DNA from: Salinivirgaceae bacterium
Lineage (GTDB): Bacteria; Bacteroidota; Bacteroidia; Bacteroidales; SZUA-534
Length of the DNA stretch: 64,000 nt
Assembly (NCBI GenBank): GCA_024405635.1
Contig: JAKSOL010000002.1
Span: 32,001-96,000, forward strand
Reading direction: 5' to 3'
Position numbers and translations under genes: made by a program. The notes under the pieces were generated by a model, which made no database searches, was not told where the DNA came from, and worked only from the letters and a program-made list of their open reading frames with translations. How positions within the stretch are numbered: position 1 is the first letter of the stretch; the number at the start of each line of letters is the position of its first letter. Below are positions 46,581-56,617 of the stretch, piece by piece.

Positions 46581-48671
46581 TTACAATTTTATTTTCAGCA
46601 TTGTTAGCGAGTAAGGTGCAAGTTTAAGAGTCATGTTTGACGAAACTTCAACTTGCTCGGTTACAGGCGAAACAGGATGTTGCTCGTAGTTGTTTTCGTC
46701 GTCTTGGTTGCCTTTTAAGGTTACTTTTTCGGCTTGAGGTTTCATGGTTGAGAAACGCGACAAGTCAACCTTTGCAGTTTTTTCGTTTGCAGTAACGTTG
46801 CAAACTTTAACAAATAATTCGCAAGTTTTGGTGTTAAGCACAACCGATTGTTCTTGCAAATATCCATCGCCTTCGCTCTTGTCGGCATTCTCAATGGTAA
46901 CGCAGTCTCCATAGTAGTAGTTTCCGGCCGATTGTCCAAACATTTGTTGAACATAGTAGCTGCAGGTTAAGAATGGACGCTCGTTATCGTAGTAAATCAA
47001 GTCTGGGTTCCAGTTGGTAGCACCTTTGCGAGCAAACAATGGAGCGTACGATGTCATTACAACAATATCGGCATTGCGTTCAACGTGAATCAAATATAGA
47101 GCCTCAGCAAGAGCATCGCCAAGTTGGTTGCCATGCGAGCGTTCTTGTGCTGAGTATTCGCCAAGATAAACTTTGGTTTTGCGGTCGCGTGGGTAAGAGT
47201 CGTATTGACGTGTTTTTAAGAAGTAGCTACGTGGTTCGTAGTAGTGCTCGTCAATAATTGGTATGCCAAGTTCTTCGGCAATTCTCCAACCATTTTCGTA
47301 GTCACCATCAGCATCTTCAGCTTTTTGTTTAGCGTGAGAACCTGGGCCATCGGTACCAACAATTACAATGTCAGGATATTTAGCCATTATTTTGTTGTAC
47401 ATGTATTTGAAGCGCTCTTCAAACTCTGGCGATATTTTTTCTTCGTTACCAATTCCTAAGTATTTCAAACCGAAAGGAGCAGGGTGGCCGGCAGCTGCAC
47501 GTACTTTACCCCATTTGGTGTTGGCATCACCATTTGCCCATTCAATAAGGTCAAGAGCATCTTGTACCCATTCGTCCATATCTTTCATGTCGCAAGCATC
47601 TTGTGCTTGAATTGGATACATGTTCCAGCCACCGTTTGTGCCTTGGCAGTTAACACCGCAAGGAAGAATTGGAACTGGTTGCATGCCCATGTCTTCGCAA
47701 AGTTGGAAGTACTCATAATAACCCAATGCTAACGATTGGTGATATCCCCAAGTGTTTTTTAGTTGTTTGCGGGTTTCTTTTGGACCAACTGAGTTTTTCC
47801 AACGGTATGTGTTCCAAAAACCGTCGCCACCGCCGTGAACAACGCATCCGCCTGGGAAACGCATAAATTTAGGATTCAAAGCCTCAAGAGCTTCAGCAAG
47901 GTCTTTGCGAATGCCATGGCCTTTGTATGTGTCTTGTGGAATAAGCGATACCATATCAATGTCCATCTCGCCATTTGTTCTTACAAGAATTTGCAACGAT
48001 GCTTGTGGGCAGTCGGCTACAGCGGTAAGGGTGACATTGTATTGTTTCCAGTTTTTGTCGGCAACAACAATTGAGTCTTCTGCAATAATTTGAGTTTCAG
48101 TTGGACCGGTTTCAGGGCTCCAGCTGCCTGGTTTTACAACTACAATGCGAACGTCTTTTGCTTCGCCACTAATGTTACGAGCAAAAATTGAGAAGTCGTA
48201 TTTTGCGTCTTTCACCATGCGCATGCCGTCCCAACCGTCGTTTTGCAAGCCGTAGCCTACCCAACCTTTGTAGTCGTAGAATTTGCGGCTACGCTCAATG
48301 TTCAAACGCATGTAATTTGGGTTGTTTGGGTGAATTGGGTTTTGTTGTTTTGCCTCAACCATACCTAGCGAGTGTCCGGGACGAATTATTTTCCATGCTG
48401 TGCTTGGGCCCCAACCATCGCGCTCGTTTGCATTAAACTCAAACGAACCGTTTTGTACCAACTCGGCATTTAAGCCACCGTCGGCCGACGAGCTGATGTC
48501 TTCAAAAAATATACCTAGCAATTCGTCGCTGATTTGCTTTCCGCCTTCGGGCGCTACCATTTTTTCGGCCACTGCAGCAGGGCCTGCAGCTTGTTGACCT
48601 TTGTCCGCATTAGGGACATTGTTGCACGCAACCAAGCCTGCAACCGAGAGTAGTAATAGTGACTTTTTCAT
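46581..48671 (-). CDS. Alpha-L-arabinofuranosidase, GH51, lipoprotein
   Basis: Lipobox LVAC; GIFFEDI, RFPGGC, GIGNEE (acid/base), LGEY (nucleophile) and ERNAD..SYAPLF motifs. Confidence 0.92.
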   Translation of the reverse strand: MKKSLLLLSVAGLVACNNVPNADKGQQAAGPAAVAEKMVAPEGGKQISDELLGIFFEDISSSADGGLNAELVQNGSFEFNANERDGWGPSTAWKIIRPGHSLGMVEAKQQNPIHPNNPNYMRLNIERSRKFYDYKGWVGYGLQNDGWDGMRMVKDAKYDFSIFARNISGEAKDVRIVVVKPGSWSPETGPTETQIIAEDSIVVADKNWKQYNVTLTAVADCPQASLQILVRTNGEMDIDMVSLIPQDTYKGHGIRKDLAEALEALNPKFMRFPGGCVVHGGGDGFWNTYRWKNSVGPKETRKQLKNTWGYHQSLALGYYEYFQLCEDMGMQPVPILPCGVNCQGTNGGWNMYPIQAQDACDMKDMDEWVQDALDLIEWANGDANTKWGKVRAAAGHPAPFGLKYLGIGNEEKISPEFEERFKYMYNKIMAKYPDIVIVGTDGPGSHAKQKAEDADGDYENGWRIAEELGIPIIDEHYYEPRSYFLKTRQYDSYPRDRKTKVYLGEYSAQERSHGNQLGDALAEALYLIHVERNADIVVMTSYAPLFARKGATNWNPDLIYYDNERPFLTCSYYVQQMFGQSAGNYYYGDCVTIENADKSEGDGYLQEQSVVLNTKTCELFVKVCNVTANEKTAKVDLSRFSTMKPQAEKVTLKGNQDDENNYEQHPVSPVTEQVEVSSNMTLKLAPYSLTMLKIKL

Positions 48672-48706
48672 TAGATTTGAATTAAATGTGTAAAATACAA
48701 TTAAAG

Positions 48707-48714
48707 CAAAGATA
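48707..48714 (-). promoter_or_regulatory. -7 box for GH51
   Basis: TATCTTTG on the minus strand. Confidence 0.6.
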
Positions 48715-48776
48715 GAAAAAGACTAATACTAACAATTGAAATGATTGTTCAATTTGTTGCGGCAACGAGTTTTGCT

Positions 48777-50003
48777 CTATTTGAAAACTAAGGTTGAAAA
48801 ATTGTCAAAGTCAATTATTTGATTTGCTACATCAAGTATTTGTGTGGCGGTTATTGAGTTAACTTTCTCGCTTACAGTGTCAAACGAGTCAATGGTGTCA
48901 AATAATAAGCAACTGCGACCAAGGTTTATGGTAAGGCTCGAATAGTTTTCAATGCTCATGGCTAATTGTCCTATCATTTGTTTTTTTGCGCGGTCAAGTT
49001 GCAGAACGCCAAGTGGTTCGGTGCAAATTTTTTGCAATTCGGTACGAATAATTTGCAAGCACTTTTCAACTCGCTCGGCATCGGTGCCAAAATAGATGCC
49101 AAAAATGCCAGTGTCGGTGTATGGCGTATAAAACGATTCAATGTTGTAGGTGTAGCCACGTCGCTCGCGGAGGGCAAGGTTCAGCCGGCAGTTCATGCCC
49201 GGGCCTCCAATAATGTTGTTTATGAGTTCAAATGTGGTGCGCTTGTCGCTGTCGATAGGTAAAGCGCGGCCGCCAATAATGCAATGTGCTTGGTGCGAGT
49301 CGATGTTAACAACCTTGTTTTGCTTTACGTAGTTTGAAACTGCGGTGCGGTTGCTGCATCGTGTTGTGGCGGCAATTGTGCCAAAGTAGCGTTCGGCAAG
49401 TTGAACAAGCCGTTTAAAGTCAATTTGTCCAACCGAGCATATCACCATTTGGTCGGTGGCATAGTTGCGGTTCATAAACTGACGAATGTTGCTGTTGTGG
49501 TAGTCGGCAATCGATTCGGGTGTGCCTAAAATGTTGCGTCCTAGTGCGTTGCCTGCAAAAACAATATCTTCAAAATCGTCAAAAATTTGTTCGCTTGGCG
49601 AGTCTTTGTATGAGTTTATTTCGTCAATAACTACTTCTTTTTCCTTTTCAAGTTCTTTTTCGGGAAAAGTGGAGTTAAATACAATATCGGCAAACAATTC
49701 AAGTGTGCGTGGATAATATTCGTTCAAAAACGACGAATACAAGCAAGTTTCTTCTTTGGTGGTGTAGGCATCAATTTCGCCGCCCACGTTTTCCATGCAA
49801 CTTATAACTTGATAAGCCTTGCGGTGAGTTGTTCCTTTAAATATAGTGTGCTCAATAAAATGGGCAATGCCATGCTCGTTTGGTAGTTCGTCGCGCGAGC
49901 CGGTGTTTATAACCAACCCCACGTGTGCTACCTTGCTATTGGCCGATTGACTATGTATGAGTCTAATGCCGTTTGCTAATCGATGATATTGATACTCAAT
50001 CAA
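48777..50003 (-). CDS. M16 family zinc peptidase
   Basis: GSRDE..GIAHFIEH (HxxEH) and LRERRG motifs. TTG start at 50003 preferred because the longer ORF runs through a terminator. Confidence 0.9.
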   Translation of the reverse strand: MIEYQYHRLANGIRLIHSQSANSKVAHVGLVINTGSRDELPNEHGIAHFIEHTIFKGTTHRKAYQVISCMENVGGEIDAYTTKEETCLYSSFLNEYYPRTLELFADIVFNSTFPEKELEKEKEVVIDEINSYKDSPSEQIFDDFEDIVFAGNALGRNILGTPESIADYHNSNIRQFMNRNYATDQMVICSVGQIDFKRLVQLAERYFGTIAATTRCSNRTAVSNYVKQNKVVNIDSHQAHCIIGGRALPIDSDKRTTFELINNIIGGPGMNCRLNLALRERRGYTYNIESFYTPYTDTGIFGIYFGTDAERVEKCLQIIRTELQKICTEPLGVLQLDRAKKQMIGQLAMSIENYSSLTINLGRSCLLFDTIDSFDTVSEKVNSITATQILDVANQIIDFDNFSTLVFK

Positions 50004-50055
50004 CTTTGTTTTGTTTTTTTTTGCGGCTGCAATTTTACACATAAGCAACCGAAAC

Positions 50056-50091
50056 AAAAAAGCCCTGCCCAAAATTATGAGCAAGGCTTTT
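50056..50091 (-). terminator. Terminator after the calycin-like lipoprotein gene
   Basis: Minus strand AAAAGCCTTGCTC...GGGCAGGGC-T6. Confidence 0.65.
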
Positions 50092-50113
50092 GGTTATTTT
50101 ATGAGGTGAATAA

Positions 50114-50623
50114 TTATTTCTTCTCAAGATTTTCGTACTCCTCAAGGGTAAGTTTTTCTGCCTTGTATGAAACAGGGAATTCGCCACCTAGAGCTGCGCT
50201 TGAAATGGCCAAAGAGCATTTAATTGAATCGTTTACAAATTGACCTTTGATGCCAACAGCAGTAAGTAGGGCAGAAAGAACAATGCTATCGCTTGCAAAT
50301 GTTTTGTCAGCGTTCAATTTAAGTCCAGGAACTTTAATGTCCATAGCTGGCAATTGCATTGGCAAATCTGGAATGTCAAATTGAATTTGTTTAAAGTCGA
50401 AGTCGAAAGTGGTTTCGTCAGTATAAGTTACAACGCCAACAACGCCTTCGTTTTCTTTTTCACCAAATGTCATTGTGCCCAAATAAGCCTCTTGGTTTTC
50501 TGCCAAAGCTGGTTCTTTTTGCTCATTTTTTTTGTCGTCGTTGTTGTCATCTTCTTTGTCGCATGAAACAAATGCTAATGATGCTACTGCCAACAAGGCA
50601 AATGCTAATTTTTTAATTTTCAT
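50114..50623 (-). CDS. Small lipoprotein, calycin-like beta-barrel
   Basis: Lipobox FVSC followed by acidic DKEDD; alternating beta-strand pattern; own -7 box TACCTTTG at 50680-50673. Fold call is tentative. Confidence 0.65.
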   Translation of the reverse strand: MKIKKLAFALLAVASLAFVSCDKEDDNNDDKKNEQKEPALAENQEAYLGTMTFGEKENEGVVGVVTYTDETTFDFDFKQIQFDIPDLPMQLPAMDIKVPGLKLNADKTFASDSIVLSALLTAVGIKGQFVNDSIKCSLAISSAALGGEFPVSYKAEKLTLEEYENLEKK

Positions 50624-50959
50624 TGTTTTGTAATTTAATTGTTATAACTAAATATTGTTTTTTTAACTAGTTCAAAGGTACAAGGTTTTCTTTTTCGCAA
50701 AAGCACATTAATTGCCAAAGCAAGCAAATTGTGTTAAACGGAGTTCTTGTTGCGTTTTTGTTTTACGATTTAAGTTCTAATTAACTGAAAAACAATGCAA
50801 TATCAATGTTAGGTGTAAGGCTTGGTTTTTGACAAATAGCGGTTTTTACTTTTTTAACTTAAGTTGTTTAATACTTGCTTAAAGTTGTTAGGTAGTATAT
50901 CGGTTTCCCAAAAAATTTCTACTTTCAACGCCGATTTAAGAATTATAAAACAAACCGAT

Positions 50960-52327
50960 ATGTCAAACATCCCTTACAAAATTTATCTATCAGAGGAGGA
51001 AATTCCTGATAAATGGTATAACGTACGTGCCGATATGAAAAATAAACCAGCACCATTGCTTAATCCTGGTACTGGCCAACCTTTAACCGCAGAAGAAATG
51101 AGTGGCATTTTCTGCGAAGAGCTTGTAAAACAAGAACTTGATAACGATACTGCTTATTTCCCAATTCCTGAAGAAATTCGCAACTTCTATAAAATGTATC
51201 GTCCTTCGCCAGTGGTTCGAGCTTACTGCTTGGAGAAAAAACTTGGTACTCCAGCTGAGATTTACTACAAGTTTGAAGGAAATAACACTAGCGGTAGCCA
51301 CAAATTAAACTCAGCAATAGCTCAGGCATATTATGCTAAACAACAAGGGTTGAAAGGTGTTACAACCGAAACAGGTGCTGGTCAATGGGGCACTGCACTT
51401 TCAATGGCTTGTGCTTATTTGGGCCTTGACCTTAAAGTTTATATGGTAAAATGCTCGTATGAGCAAAAACCTTTCCGTCGCGAGGTGATGCGCACTTATG
51501 GCGCTAGCGTTACTCCTTCGCCATCAAACACAACTGAGGTTGGTCGTAAAATTTTGGCTGAGTTCCCTGGAACAACAGGTAGTCTTGGTTGTGCAATTTC
51601 TGAGGCTGTAGAGGTTGCTGTTACTAACCCTGGTTATCGGTATGTGTTAGGCTCGGTGCTTAATCAAGTTCTTTTGCATCAATCAATTATTGGTCTTGAG
51701 GCTAAAAAGGCATTAGACAAATATGGCGTAACTCCTGATATTATTATTGGTTGCGCTGGCGGTGGTTCAAACCTTGGAGGTTTAATTTCACCATTTATGG
51801 GCGAAAAACTACGTGGCGAAAAAGACTATCGATTCATTGCAGTTGAGCCTGCATCGTGTCCAAGTTTCACTCGCGGCGTTTATGCATACGACTTTTGCGA
51901 TACTGGTAAAATTTGCCCATTGGCAAAAATGTACACACTTGGTAGCAGCTTTATTCCATCGGCAAACCACGCAGGTGGATTGCGTTTCCATGGCATGAGC
52001 TCAACTTTGTCGCAACTTTACGATGATAAGTTGATGGAGGCTGTTGCTGTTGAACAAACTAGCGTGTTTGAGGCTGCTGAAATGTTTGCTCGTGTTGAGG
52101 GTATTTTGCCAGCTCCTGAAAGTTCGCACGCAATTCGTGTTGCAATTGACGAGGCTTTGAAGTGCAAAGAAACTGGCGAGAAAAAGAAAATCTTGTTCGG
52201 CCTTACTGGTACTGGCTACTTCGATCTTGTTGCTTACGAGAAGTTTAACAATGGCGAAATGTCTGACTATATTCCAACCGACGAGGATTTGGCAAAAAGT
52301 ATTTCGCAACTTCCAAAGGTGAAATAA
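50960..52327 (+). CDS. trpB2: TrpB-like PLP enzyme (tryptophan synthase beta, TrpB2 type)
   Basis: SGSHKLNSA (PLP lysine), TETGAGQWG, GGGSN, HAGGLRFHG and PAPES motifs; start MSNIPYK. Confidence 0.92.
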   Translation: MSNIPYKIYLSEEEIPDKWYNVRADMKNKPAPLLNPGTGQPLTAEEMSGIFCEELVKQELDNDTAYFPIPEEIRNFYKMYRPSPVVRAYCLEKKLGTPAEIYYKFEGNNTSGSHKLNSAIAQAYYAKQQGLKGVTTETGAGQWGTALSMACAYLGLDLKVYMVKCSYEQKPFRREVMRTYGASVTPSPSNTTEVGRKILAEFPGTTGSLGCAISEAVEVAVTNPGYRYVLGSVLNQVLLHQSIIGLEAKKALDKYGVTPDIIIGCAGGGSNLGGLISPFMGEKLRGEKDYRFIAVEPASCPSFTRGVYAYDFCDTGKICPLAKMYTLGSSFIPSANHAGGLRFHGMSSTLSQLYDDKLMEAVAVEQTSVFEAAEMFARVEGILPAPESSHAIRVAIDEALKCKETGEKKKILFGLTGTGYFDLVAYEKFNNGEMSDYIPTDEDLAKSISQLPKVK

Positions 52328-52349
52328 TTCACATTAATTGATTTTATAG

Positions 52350-52386
52350 AAAAAGCATCTGGCTTATGGCTGGGTGCTTTTTTTTT
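52350..52386 (+). terminator. Intrinsic terminator after trpB2
   Basis: AAAAAGCATCTGGC/GCTGGGTGC plus T9. Confidence 0.8.
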
Positions 52387-52480
52387 GTTTGTTAATGCTT
52401 GGCGCAAATTGGCAAAACAACTTGCGAATCAATGCGCTCGCAAAGTTTAATTGTTCTACATTTGGCAAAAAAATCGGACT

Positions 52481-53812
52481 ATGAAACTTAAACTCTTTTG
52501 TCTGTCAATGACCTTGCTGCTTCTTGCAATTTCGTGCAGTAATTCAATAGTTAATGCCGACAATCATTTGGTTGAATATAGCGGTCGCATCGATTTTACA
52601 AATCCAACTGCTCCTTGCTTTTCGTATTCGGGAGTGTCAATTCGCTTTTTTGCCAAAACAACTGAGGTTAAGGCTACGATTGCCGATGAGCGAGGCGAAA
52701 ACTATTTTGCTGTGATTGTTGACCGTGTGTATCAGGGAAAACTGAAACTTGACGAGGGACAAAAAGAATATACCGTAGCTAGCGATTTAGGACAAGGAGT
52801 ACACGAAATTGAATTGGTAAAAATTACCGAAGAGCAGTTTGGAAAAACTACATTTCACCAATTTGACCTTTGTGGCGGAAAAATTGTAGAAAGCAATAAC
52901 CCTCGTACCCACACCATCGAATTTATAGGCAACTCAATAACTTGCGCCTATGGAAACGAAGGCTATTTGGGCGAAAAATTCGGGGCATCAACCGAGAATC
53001 ATTACTTTGGTTACGCGCCTATGGTGGTTCGTAGCTTTGACGCCAATCCAATAATGGTGTGCAAATCAGGCATCGGTATTTATCGAAATTATGGCGCACC
53101 TGCCGATAGTGGTAGCGTTGATAATATGACAAATTATTATTGTTGCACATATTTATACGACTCGCTGCCATTGCACCCTTTTAGCATTCAGCCCGATGTG
53201 GTTTGCATCAATCTTGGAACAAACGATTTTGGAGTTTGCATGCCCGATACGGTTAAGTTTATGAACATGTATATGCAACTAATTGACTCAATATGCGGGC
53301 ATTACAACAGTCCGCAAATTGTAAGTCTAATGGGTACAATGCTTTATGGCGAATTTAAAGATGTGTGCCGACGTTGCATTAACAAAGTGGTAGCCGATGC
53401 AAAAAACAAAGGCGTAAACATTAGTTTTTTTGAGATGACTGAGCAAGACCGCAAAGAACCGCAAGGCATTGATTGGCATCCAACCATTCGCCAACACTTG
53501 CGTGCAGCACGAGAACTGATGAACTACTTGAGCCAACTAATGCAATGGTCAATTGATGAGCAAGTTTTGCGTGCCGAACAACGCGGTAACCAAGTTTGGT
53601 TATATGCCAACACTCTTGAAACTTTAAGCAACCCTAAAATGGCTAATTTGAATATTTTGGTCGATGGCAACCCAGCCACCATAACCAACACCGAGATTGA
53701 CGAATCAAACTGCTTGATGATTGTAACTTTGTCCGAAAACGGAACAGCAACATTTGCAAGCGAAACATTAAACTCGGGGATAATTAGAAGCCAAATAGTT
53801 GCTGCTAAATAA
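52481..53812 (+). CDS. SGNH/GDSL esterase lipoprotein, CE2-like (acetylxylan esterase)
   Basis: Lipobox AISC; N-terminal beta domain YSGR..; IEFIGNSITCAYG, NLGTND and DWHP motifs; -7 box TACATTTG at 52457. Confidence 0.8.
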   Translation: MKLKLFCLSMTLLLLAISCSNSIVNADNHLVEYSGRIDFTNPTAPCFSYSGVSIRFFAKTTEVKATIADERGENYFAVIVDRVYQGKLKLDEGQKEYTVASDLGQGVHEIELVKITEEQFGKTTFHQFDLCGGKIVESNNPRTHTIEFIGNSITCAYGNEGYLGEKFGASTENHYFGYAPMVVRSFDANPIMVCKSGIGIYRNYGAPADSGSVDNMTNYYCCTYLYDSLPLHPFSIQPDVVCINLGTNDFGVCMPDTVKFMNMYMQLIDSICGHYNSPQIVSLMGTMLYGEFKDVCRRCINKVVADAKNKGVNISFFEMTEQDRKEPQGIDWHPTIRQHLRAARELMNYLSQLMQWSIDEQVLRAEQRGNQVWLYANTLETLSNPKMANLNILVDGNPATITNTEIDESNCLMIVTLSENGTATFASETLNSGIIRSQIVAAK

Positions 53813-53865
53813 CTAACCAAAAGAGGTTTATACATAACTATACAAACTATAACCAAAACTGATTT

Positions 53866-54375
53866 ATGCTGATTTACTTGGTAGGATATATGGGCTGTGG
53901 CAAAACCACATACGGCCGACAATTGGCAAAAGAGTTGCAATACTCGTTTGTCGATTTGGATAAGAAAATTGAAAACGAACAAGGCTGCACCATCTCGCAA
54001 CTGTTTGAGGCTCAGGGCGAAGATGGCTTTCGCCGCATTGAGCGCGAGGCTATGATGTCAACATTCAAAATGATTGATACAGTGGTTGCTACTGGGGGCG
54101 GAACACCATGCTTTTTCGACAATATGGAGCAGCTTAATCAGCATGGAACAACACTTTATATTGAAATGGATGCTAAAGGATTGGCATTTAACTTGCGACA
54201 CTCGCTTGGCAAACGACCATTGCTTGCTGGCAAAAGTCCCGAAGAACTTGCCGAATACATAAACGAAACTTTGCAAAAACGCTTGCCGTTCTACACTCAA
54301 GCCAAGTGCAAGGTTAACGGAATAGGCATTACTCCTCAAAAAATGATTGATTCACTACCTCAAGAAGAATTATGA
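53866..54375 (+). CDS. aroK: Shikimate kinase
   Basis: GYMGCGKTT, DLD, GE..FR..E, ATGGG and RPLL motifs. Confidence 0.95.
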   Translation: MLIYLVGYMGCGKTTYGRQLAKELQYSFVDLDKKIENEQGCTISQLFEAQGEDGFRRIEREAMMSTFKMIDTVVATGGGTPCFFDNMEQLNQHGTTLYIEMDAKGLAFNLRHSLGKRPLLAGKSPEELAEYINETLQKRLPFYTQAKCKVNGIGITPQKMIDSLPQEEL

Positions 54376-55049
54376 AGCGTAGTGTTGTAATAGTTGCCGG
54401 AGGTTCTGGTACTCGCATGGGCAGCGCAATGCCAAAGCAGTTTTTGCCGTTGGCAGGTAGGCCTATACTTATGCGAACCATCGATGTTTTTCGTGCTTTT
54501 GATGCGCAAATGCAAATAGTGCTTGTTTTGCCACAAACACAGCATCAATTGTGGAATAGCCTTTGCTCTCAATATGGATTTACAGCCAATGTTGAAGTGG
54601 TTTCAGGCGGCGAAACACGTTTTCATTCTGTTAAAAATGGCCTATCAAAAGTACAATCAGGCGGTTTGGTAGCAGTGCACGATGGCGTGCGCCCGTTGGT
54701 CTCGGTTCAAACACTTGAGCGTTGTTTTGTTGAGGCCGAAAAGATCGGAGCAGTTGTTCCTGTTGTGCCAATAAACGAATCTATCCGTCATCGGAATTTG
54801 GAAAACGGAGCAAATAATCTTGTCAATCGCGACGAGTACGTTATAGTTCAAACTCCGCAAGTATTTCACACCAATTTATTACAATCGGCATTTGAGCAAC
54901 CTTATCAAACTGCCTTTACCGACGATGCTTCGGTGGTTGAATCGTTTGGCCATGCAATTGCATTGGTCGAGGGAAACTTTGAGAATATAAAAATTACCCG
55001 TCCAGTTGATATGGTGGTGGCCGAATCGATTATTGCTAACTCTAAATAG
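54372..55049 (+). CDS. ispD: 2-C-methyl-D-erythritol 4-phosphate cytidylyltransferase
   Basis: AGGSGTRM..PKQF, HDGVRP, QTPQ, TDDAS and NIKIT motifs. Confidence 0.96.
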   Translation: MKRSVVIVAGGSGTRMGSAMPKQFLPLAGRPILMRTIDVFRAFDAQMQIVLVLPQTQHQLWNSLCSQYGFTANVEVVSGGETRFHSVKNGLSKVQSGGLVAVHDGVRPLVSVQTLERCFVEAEKIGAVVPVVPINESIRHRNLENGANNLVNRDEYVIVQTPQVFHTNLLQSAFEQPYQTAFTDDASVVESFGHAIALVEGNFENIKITRPVDMVVAESIIANSK

Positions 55050-55142
55050 CCTTTTGTTTGTTCAGAATAGTAAAGAAAACTGTATTATTCTGTAACCTAA
55101 ATGCACTATCTTGCCGCAACGCAAACCAAAATTGAAAAATAA

Positions 55143-56429
55143 ATGAGCAACAAACCAACTCTTGTGTCGCGACAAATATTAGTGTCGTTTATACTTGTCA
55201 CATCGTTATTTGCGCTATGGGGATTTGCCAACGATATTACAAACCCAATGGTGCGAGCATTTTCCAAAGTGCTACTGATGAACAATTTTCAAGGTTCACT
55301 AATTCAGTTTGCATTTTATGGAGGCTACTTTGCAATGGCATTTGTGGCGGCCTATTTTATTAAGAGGTTTGGCTACAAAAGTGGTATTGTGATAGGCTTG
55401 GCACTTTATGCATCGGGCGCTTTTTTGTTTTATCCGTCAAGTCTAGGCACGTCGTTTTGGCCATTCTTGGTGTCGTACTTTATCTTAACATGTGGACTAT
55501 CGTTTCTTGAAACAAGTGCCAATCCGTACATATTAAGTATGGGCGATGCCGAAACAGCAACTCAGCGACTAAACCTTTCGCAGTCGTTTAATCCTATTGG
55601 TTCGCTTATTGGTATGTTCACCGCTCAACAACTTATTCTTGCCCGATTAAACGAAGCTCCATTCGAAGAACGTTTTGCCTTGCGCGAAGCCGACCCACAA
55701 ATATTTTATGCACTTCAAGCTCACGATTTAAAGGTGATTCGAGACCCCTATGTGGCAATAGGTACGGTTGTGTTGGTAATGATGATTGTGTTTTTGTTAG
55801 TAAAAATGCCAAATGTAAAAGCCGACAGCCAACCTCTAAATGTAAAAGCGACCTTTCAAAGATTGTTGTCAAACGCATCGTATCGCGAAGGTGTTGTTGC
55901 TCAATTTTTTTATGTGGGCGTGCAAATAATGTGTTGGACCTTTATTATTCATTATGCCGAAATGGAGTTGGGCATAAGTAATCAAGTAGCGCAACTATAT
56001 AACATTGCAGCCATGTGCATTTTTTGTTGTAGTAGGTTTGTGTGTACCTACCTGTTACGGTTTGTTAATGCAGGCAAATTGTTGCAAATTCTTGCCTTGT
56101 GCGGTGTGATGCTTGTGTGCGGAGTGGTTTTTGTAAAAGGAATATTTGGTTTGTATTGTTTGGTGGCAATTTCGGCATGTATGTCGCTAATGTTCCCAAC
56201 CATATACGGACTTGCTTTAAAAAATGTTGGACACGATACCGAATTTGGTGCTGCGGGATTGATAATGTCAATTGTTGGAGGCTCAATTTTGCCACCTTTG
56301 CAGGCACTAATGATAGATCAGCCTACTATTTGTGGCTTGTCGGGAGTGCGATTTTCGTTTGTATTGCCCTTTGTTTGCTTTGTTGTAATAGCGGTTTATG
56401 GTTACCGCTCGCATAAAATATTTTCATAA
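55143..56429 (+). CDS. fucP: L-fucose:H+ symporter family MFS permease
   Basis: LFALWGF, LETSANPY, RLNLSQSFNPIG, QFFYVG and SLMFPTI motifs; substrate not certain. Confidence 0.85.
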   Translation: MSNKPTLVSRQILVSFILVTSLFALWGFANDITNPMVRAFSKVLLMNNFQGSLIQFAFYGGYFAMAFVAAYFIKRFGYKSGIVIGLALYASGAFLFYPSSLGTSFWPFLVSYFILTCGLSFLETSANPYILSMGDAETATQRLNLSQSFNPIGSLIGMFTAQQLILARLNEAPFEERFALREADPQIFYALQAHDLKVIRDPYVAIGTVVLVMMIVFLLVKMPNVKADSQPLNVKATFQRLLSNASYREGVVAQFFYVGVQIMCWTFIIHYAEMELGISNQVAQLYNIAAMCIFCCSRFVCTYLLRFVNAGKLLQILALCGVMLVCGVVFVKGIFGLYCLVAISACMSLMFPTIYGLALKNVGHDTEFGAAGLIMSIVGGSILPPLQALMIDQPTICGLSGVRFSFVLPFVCFVVIAVYGYRSHKIFS

Positions 56430-56572
56430 AATCGATAGCAAGCACGTTCTTTTATCATTGTAAATGGTTGTTAGTTAGTTTGGTTGGCCATAGTGAAAAA
56501 AAGCTAAATAAAATTTCACTATTATTTAGTATTTGGAACTTGTAACACCGCTTGTAGCCTAACATATTTTGT

Positions 56573-56580
56573 TAGTTTTG
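56573..56580 (+). promoter_or_regulatory. -7 box for sdhCAB
   Basis: TAGTTTTG, 37 nt before the sdhC ATG. Confidence 0.6.
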
Positions 56581-56617
56581 CGACAATAAAAATTGTAGTA
56601 TTATAAATATTTCTATT

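Noticed and set aside
50624-50959. Possible trp attenuator or riboswitch upstream of trpB2
   Set aside because: No Trp-rich leader, T-box or terminator/antiterminator pair seen.
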